DNA of 64,000 nucleotides from Phycisphaerales bacterium (GTDB lineage Bacteria; Planctomycetota; Phycisphaerae; Phycisphaerales; UBA1924): NCBI GenBank assembly GCA_027083355.1, contig JALWOY010000069.1, positions 7,893 to 71,892 of the forward strand, read 5' to 3'. Shown piece by piece: positions 60,757 to 64,000 of this stretch (position 1 is its first letter; each line of letters starts with the position of its first letter). The notes under the pieces were generated by a model. It saw only the letters and a program-made list of their open reading frames with translations, ran no database searches and was not told where the DNA came from. The position numbers and the translations under genes were made by a program.

Positions 60757-61776
60757 TCACCCACTCGGGTGCTCCGCTGAGTGTACCGATTCGTCAGGAC
60801 GGGCCTGTGCGAGGGTCTGCCCCGTACGCACCATGACACGCCTGCCGTCGAGCACGAAGTAAACCAATTCTCCGGAAGCGTCGTCGAGCGTCGCGCCCAG
60901 CAGCGATTCACCCCGGCGGAGCGTCTTCATTTCGCCAGTGTCTGTGCGCGCGAGCATGACCTCCACGACCCGCCCATCCTCATGCAGAGACTCCACCACA
61001 CCGGTCACACGCCACTTCGCATACGGCGGTGGTGGCGGCGAGGCGGGGACGACCGCCACCGGGGGCGGCACCGGCTGGGGTTCGGCGGGCGGCGGCGCAA
61101 GATGGAACGGGTCCCGTTCGACGAGGCTCGCCACCCGTTTCGAGGCCCCGGGATCGGGGCTTTGCAACACCGGAACAGGATCGTCCGGCTTCACCAGATC
61201 CGGGGCGAACAACGTCGAGAGGTCCACTTTCAGCGCGAACACCTTCCGGTCCTTGCCCCTCGGCGAGATCGTGAACCCCTCGACCCGGTGAATCCAGGGC
61301 TGACCCCGCACCGCGGCCAGTGCCCGCAGGGTCTGCTCGAACGTGCCGACACCCTGCAGACGCGCATGGATCACGTTGAAGTCGTTCTGCGACGACAAGA
61401 CCCGGCGGAGCGTGCGGTTGACACCCGATCCACGACGCCGGGCCGGGTTTTCCACCGGGGCCGGGCGGCCGTGCGAGACGACGACTTCCCCCAGCCCTTC
61501 CCGTTCGGCGAGGGCGCTGAGCAGTGTCCGCAGCCGATGCTCGACGATGTCGGCGTCCCGCCCGAGCATGGTCGAGCCGAGCCCCCGGAGGGCTTTGCGG
61601 TCCGCCCGCAGCCCCTCGGATGCGGCTTTGAACCCCTTGATCCGTCGGGTCAGATCCGCGGCTTCCTTCTTCATCGCCTCGTGCTCGTGGAGATAGAACG
61701 CGCCGGTGAGAGACCACCCGCCCCAGACCACCCCCACCGCGGCGAGGGCCGAGATGATGATCGTTTTTTTCTTCAT
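60757..61776 (-). CDS. bitopic assembly protein, GspM/PilO-like N-terminal part plus PilP/GspC-HR-like C-terminal beta domain
   Basis: ATG 61776 overlaps the upstream stop (ATGA). MKKKTIIISALAAVGVVWGGWSL is a TM segment, followed by a coiled-coil segment and an alpha/beta region. Then comes a Pro-rich linker (PPPAEPQPVPPPVAVVPASPPPPP) and a C-terminal small beta domain (WRVTGVV....EVMLARTDTGEMKTLRRGESLLGATL). The assignment rests on architecture only. Confidence 0.5.
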   Translation of the reverse strand: MKKKTIIISALAAVGVVWGGWSLTGAFYLHEHEAMKKEAADLTRRIKGFKAASEGLRADRKALRGLGSTMLGRDADIVEHRLRTLLSALAEREGLGEVVVSHGRPAPVENPARRRGSGVNRTLRRVLSSQNDFNVIHARLQGVGTFEQTLRALAAVRGQPWIHRVEGFTISPRGKDRKVFALKVDLSTLFAPDLVKPDDPVPVLQSPDPGASKRVASLVERDPFHLAPPPAEPQPVPPPVAVVPASPPPPPYAKWRVTGVVESLHEDGRVVEVMLARTDTGEMKTLRRGESLLGATLDDASGELVYFVLDGRRVMVRTGQTLAQARPDESVHSAEHPSG

Positions 61777-63302
61777 CACGGCGTCCCCTCCCCGGTACCG
61801 GTGTCCGAGGGGCTGGTTTCGGGCGAGCCGGACGCGGCCGGGGCGTCGGTCGTGATCTGGAACGCGAACCGGTCCTCGACCTCGGGCCCCTGGCTCGTGA
61901 CGGTGTAGACCCCCGAATCCAGCAGCCGTTGCCTGAAACGTTCGGCCTCGGCCCTGTGCCGGACGCGACCGGCGAGCGAGATGGCGAGCGTCGATTCGGC
62001 CGTCCACGCCGACGGGTCGTTGAGCCGCCCCCCTTCTTTGAACACGGCACGGTGCGTGATCTCGACGGCGAGCTTGGAAAGGACCGCCTCATTCGGGGGA
62101 GGCATCTCTGCGACGACGTGATCGAGATGATCGAACCAGTCGATCGAGCGATCGGTCCACGCGCGGATGTGCCCGAGCCGGGCGCCGGCGAGTTGGGACT
62201 GGATGTACCTGTCGCGTGCCTTGTCGTGATCCTCGCGGAGCACCGCCAGCGCGGCCCGTTCATCCGCGAGGCGGTTCTGCGCAACCAGGTAGCCCGCCCC
62301 GATGAGCACGATCAGCCCGAGGAGGGACGCGAGGACCGCCTGACGCAGCCCGGCGCGTGTATCCGGGGGTCTGGTCGGGTTGGCGAAATCGAGCACGGGG
62401 ACCCGCAGTGGCTTGCACAGCGGGAGCCCCGCGAGCGGGATGGCCGGCGTCAGCACGAGCGGATCGATCTCCCCGTCGGCGTCGAGCAACACGTCGGGTG
62501 TGAACACCTCCTCGGGCAATTCCAGACGTTCGGACGCCGCCCGGGCGACGATGCCCGCGAGAGGCTCGGCCCCCAGGACCACCAGCCGCTCGACTTCGCG
62601 GCCGTCGGGCGAGACGCGGTAACTGACCCAGGTGCGTGCGGCCTCCACCGCGACGCGCTCGGCGTAGTGCTCGAGTGCCCGTTGGTCGGTCGAGAGCGGC
62701 AGCACGGCGTCGATCGATCGCGAAAAGACGAGCCGACCCGATTCGATGACCAGCAGTTCGAGCGACCCGAGACCGGGGGCGATGACGAGGGCCGAGCGTG
62801 CGTCGTGGTCGGCCTTGCTGAGGATCGCCCGCACACCCGCGCTGCGGAGCCGGATGCCGTCGAGTTTCAGGCCCGCCGCTTTCGAGAGCGTGCGTCGCCA
62901 GACAACCCTTTCGACGGGCATCGCCGCCGCGGTGATCGGGCCGTTGTCGTCGTCCCCGGCGTCGTAATCGATCACGTTCTCGGCGGAGGTGGGGCTCGCC
63001 TGACGGGACATCTGGAGGTGGATCATCTCGTGCCGCTCGGCCCGATCGAGGACACCGGCCGGTTGTTCGATCCGCTTGATGAACACCTCGCCGCGGGAAA
63101 CGGAGAAGATCGCCGACTTGGCGGTGATGCCGTTCTCGTCGAGCACACCGCGGAGCCACCGGCCGACATGCTCGGCGTCACGCTCATCGCCTTCGACGGC
63201 GGCGTGCACGGCGCGGCGCAGACGGACGGTGTTGTTCCGCCCGAGATCGACCTCGACCGCGAGGAGATGGCCCGCCTCGATATCGAATATGAGGGTGCTC
63301 AC
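61776..63302 (-). CDS. PilM-PilN fusion (GspL-like) inner-membrane assembly protein
   Basis: GTG 63302 overlaps the upstream TGA (GTGA). VSTLIFDIEAGHLLAVEV... is an actin/PilM-like cytoplasmic domain of about 310 aa. It is followed by the TM segment LRQAVLASLLGLIVLIGAGYLVA, a coiled coil, and a periplasmic PilN/GspL-like alpha/beta domain. Confidence 0.6.
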   Translation of the reverse strand: MSTLIFDIEAGHLLAVEVDLGRNNTVRLRRAVHAAVEGDERDAEHVGRWLRGVLDENGITAKSAIFSVSRGEVFIKRIEQPAGVLDRAERHEMIHLQMSRQASPTSAENVIDYDAGDDDNGPITAAAMPVERVVWRRTLSKAAGLKLDGIRLRSAGVRAILSKADHDARSALVIAPGLGSLELLVIESGRLVFSRSIDAVLPLSTDQRALEHYAERVAVEAARTWVSYRVSPDGREVERLVVLGAEPLAGIVARAASERLELPEEVFTPDVLLDADGEIDPLVLTPAIPLAGLPLCKPLRVPVLDFANPTRPPDTRAGLRQAVLASLLGLIVLIGAGYLVAQNRLADERAALAVLREDHDKARDRYIQSQLAGARLGHIRAWTDRSIDWFDHLDHVVAEMPPPNEAVLSKLAVEITHRAVFKEGGRLNDPSAWTAESTLAISLAGRVRHRAEAERFRQRLLDSGVYTVTSQGPEVEDRFAFQITTDAPAASGSPETSPSDTGTGEGTP

Positions 63303-64000
63303 GGGGTGCCCTCCCCCCGGCCTGTGCGGGCGGGTTTCCAACGCCCCAACCGGTTATCGACACCCCCCGACGGGGTCGGCGCGGCGATCGGCTCGTCATC
63401 GGCCGGTTGATTCACCGCCGCGGTCCCGGGGGGCGCGGTGATCGGCTCGTCCGGTGCACCCGGGACATCGTCGAAGAACGAGTTGGTCAGATCATCGAGC
63501 GTCATCGCCGCGTCGTCGCCGGTCTCGGGCATCGGCCCGCCGGTGTCGTCCAATGTACCATCGCCGGTCGATCCGGGGCGTGGTTCCGGCCCTTCGTCGA
63601 GTGCATCGCTGAACGCGGGGAGTGCGCGGACCGCCCTCGCCGCTTCGAGGGCCGTCCGCTCGCGGAGATACGCCAGCCGGACCCTCGGCCCGGCCGCGTC
63701 GAGCACCGCCTCGAACTCGACGAACGGCCCCGTCTCGGTCGGGGTGTCCGGTTCGATGATGTCGCCGAACTCATCGGCCATGGGCAGGGTCTCTCCGGTG
63801 TCCGCCGAGTCGTCGGGGGATTCGAGTGTGACCCGCAGCACGACGCGCCACTGGAGGCAACGCGTGACGGCGACATCGACAAGCGACGCGAACGCCTCGA
63901 CGTCGATCAGTCCCTCGTCGAGCGGCCAGGTGACGCTGCGCATGGCGTCGGCGTCGAGCCGTTCTCGGGCCGAGACCATCGCGGCGGCGCTCGAATCATC
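63299..64000 (-). CDS. acidic hypothetical protein, C-terminal part (frame stays open to the right edge)
   Basis: Same strand as the PilMN-like gene and stop-start overlapped with it. Asp/Glu/Pro-rich C-terminal half. No family recognised. Confidence 0.4.
   Translation of the reverse strand, partial: DDSSAAAMVSARERLDADAMRSVTWPLDEGLIDVEAFASLVDVAVTRCLQWRVVLRVTLESPDDSADTGETLPMADEFGDIIEPDTPTETGPFVEFEAVLDAAGPRVRLAYLRERTALEAARAVRALPAFSDALDEGPEPRPGSTGDGTLDDTGGPMPETGDDAAMTLDDLTNSFFDDVPGAPDEPITAPPGTAAVNQPADDEPIAAPTPSGGVDNRLGRWKPARTGRGEGTP

Noticed and set aside
52744-60780. 2,678-aa plus-strand ORF, along with 46811-47896, 47128-49884, 48662-50527, 50443-52344 and 55067-57055, all opposite the giant secretin gene
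   Set aside because: Their translations are Arg/Pro/His/Gly/Asp-rich low-complexity strings with no motifs, typical of stop-poor antisense frames in high-GC DNA. The minus-strand frame gives a coherent modular protein with recognisable N- and C-terminal secretin features.

Overview
High-GC (roughly two-thirds G+C by eye), gene-dense chromosomal segment. Its gene content suggests Planctomycetota, possibly Phycisphaerae-like. This is an inference from DUF1559/H-X9-DG-type pseudopilin-like genes, secreted proteins with Cys...Gly-Cys-Pro dockerin-like tails, and REP-type hairpin repeats. Housekeeping genes: accA (partial), proC, mscL, pntAA-pntAB-pntB, smpB, an FAH-family hydrolase, a PpiD-like chaperone, scoB, sucA-sucB and pstSCAB. 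Accessory content: (i) a complete tad/flp pilus locus at 19.6-31.7 kb, split into two divergent operons. (ii) Three secreted proteins that share a C-terminal dockerin-like module ending in GCP, two of them next to pseudopilin-like genes. (iii) The standout feature is a single uninterrupted 13.9-kb ORF (46783-60726, minus strand) encoding a 4,647-aa secretin. It has a signal peptide, an N0-like domain, about 50 tandem secretin-N-type modules and one canonical C-terminal secretin barrel domain. It is preceded by a PilM-PilN fusion (GspL-like) gene and a PilO/GspM-plus-PilP/GspC-like gene, and followed by a translationally coupled lipoprotein gene. No rRNA, tRNA, CRISPR array, transposase or integrase was recognised. 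Most long plus-strand ORFs in the track that lie opposite minus-strand genes are high-GC antisense artefacts.
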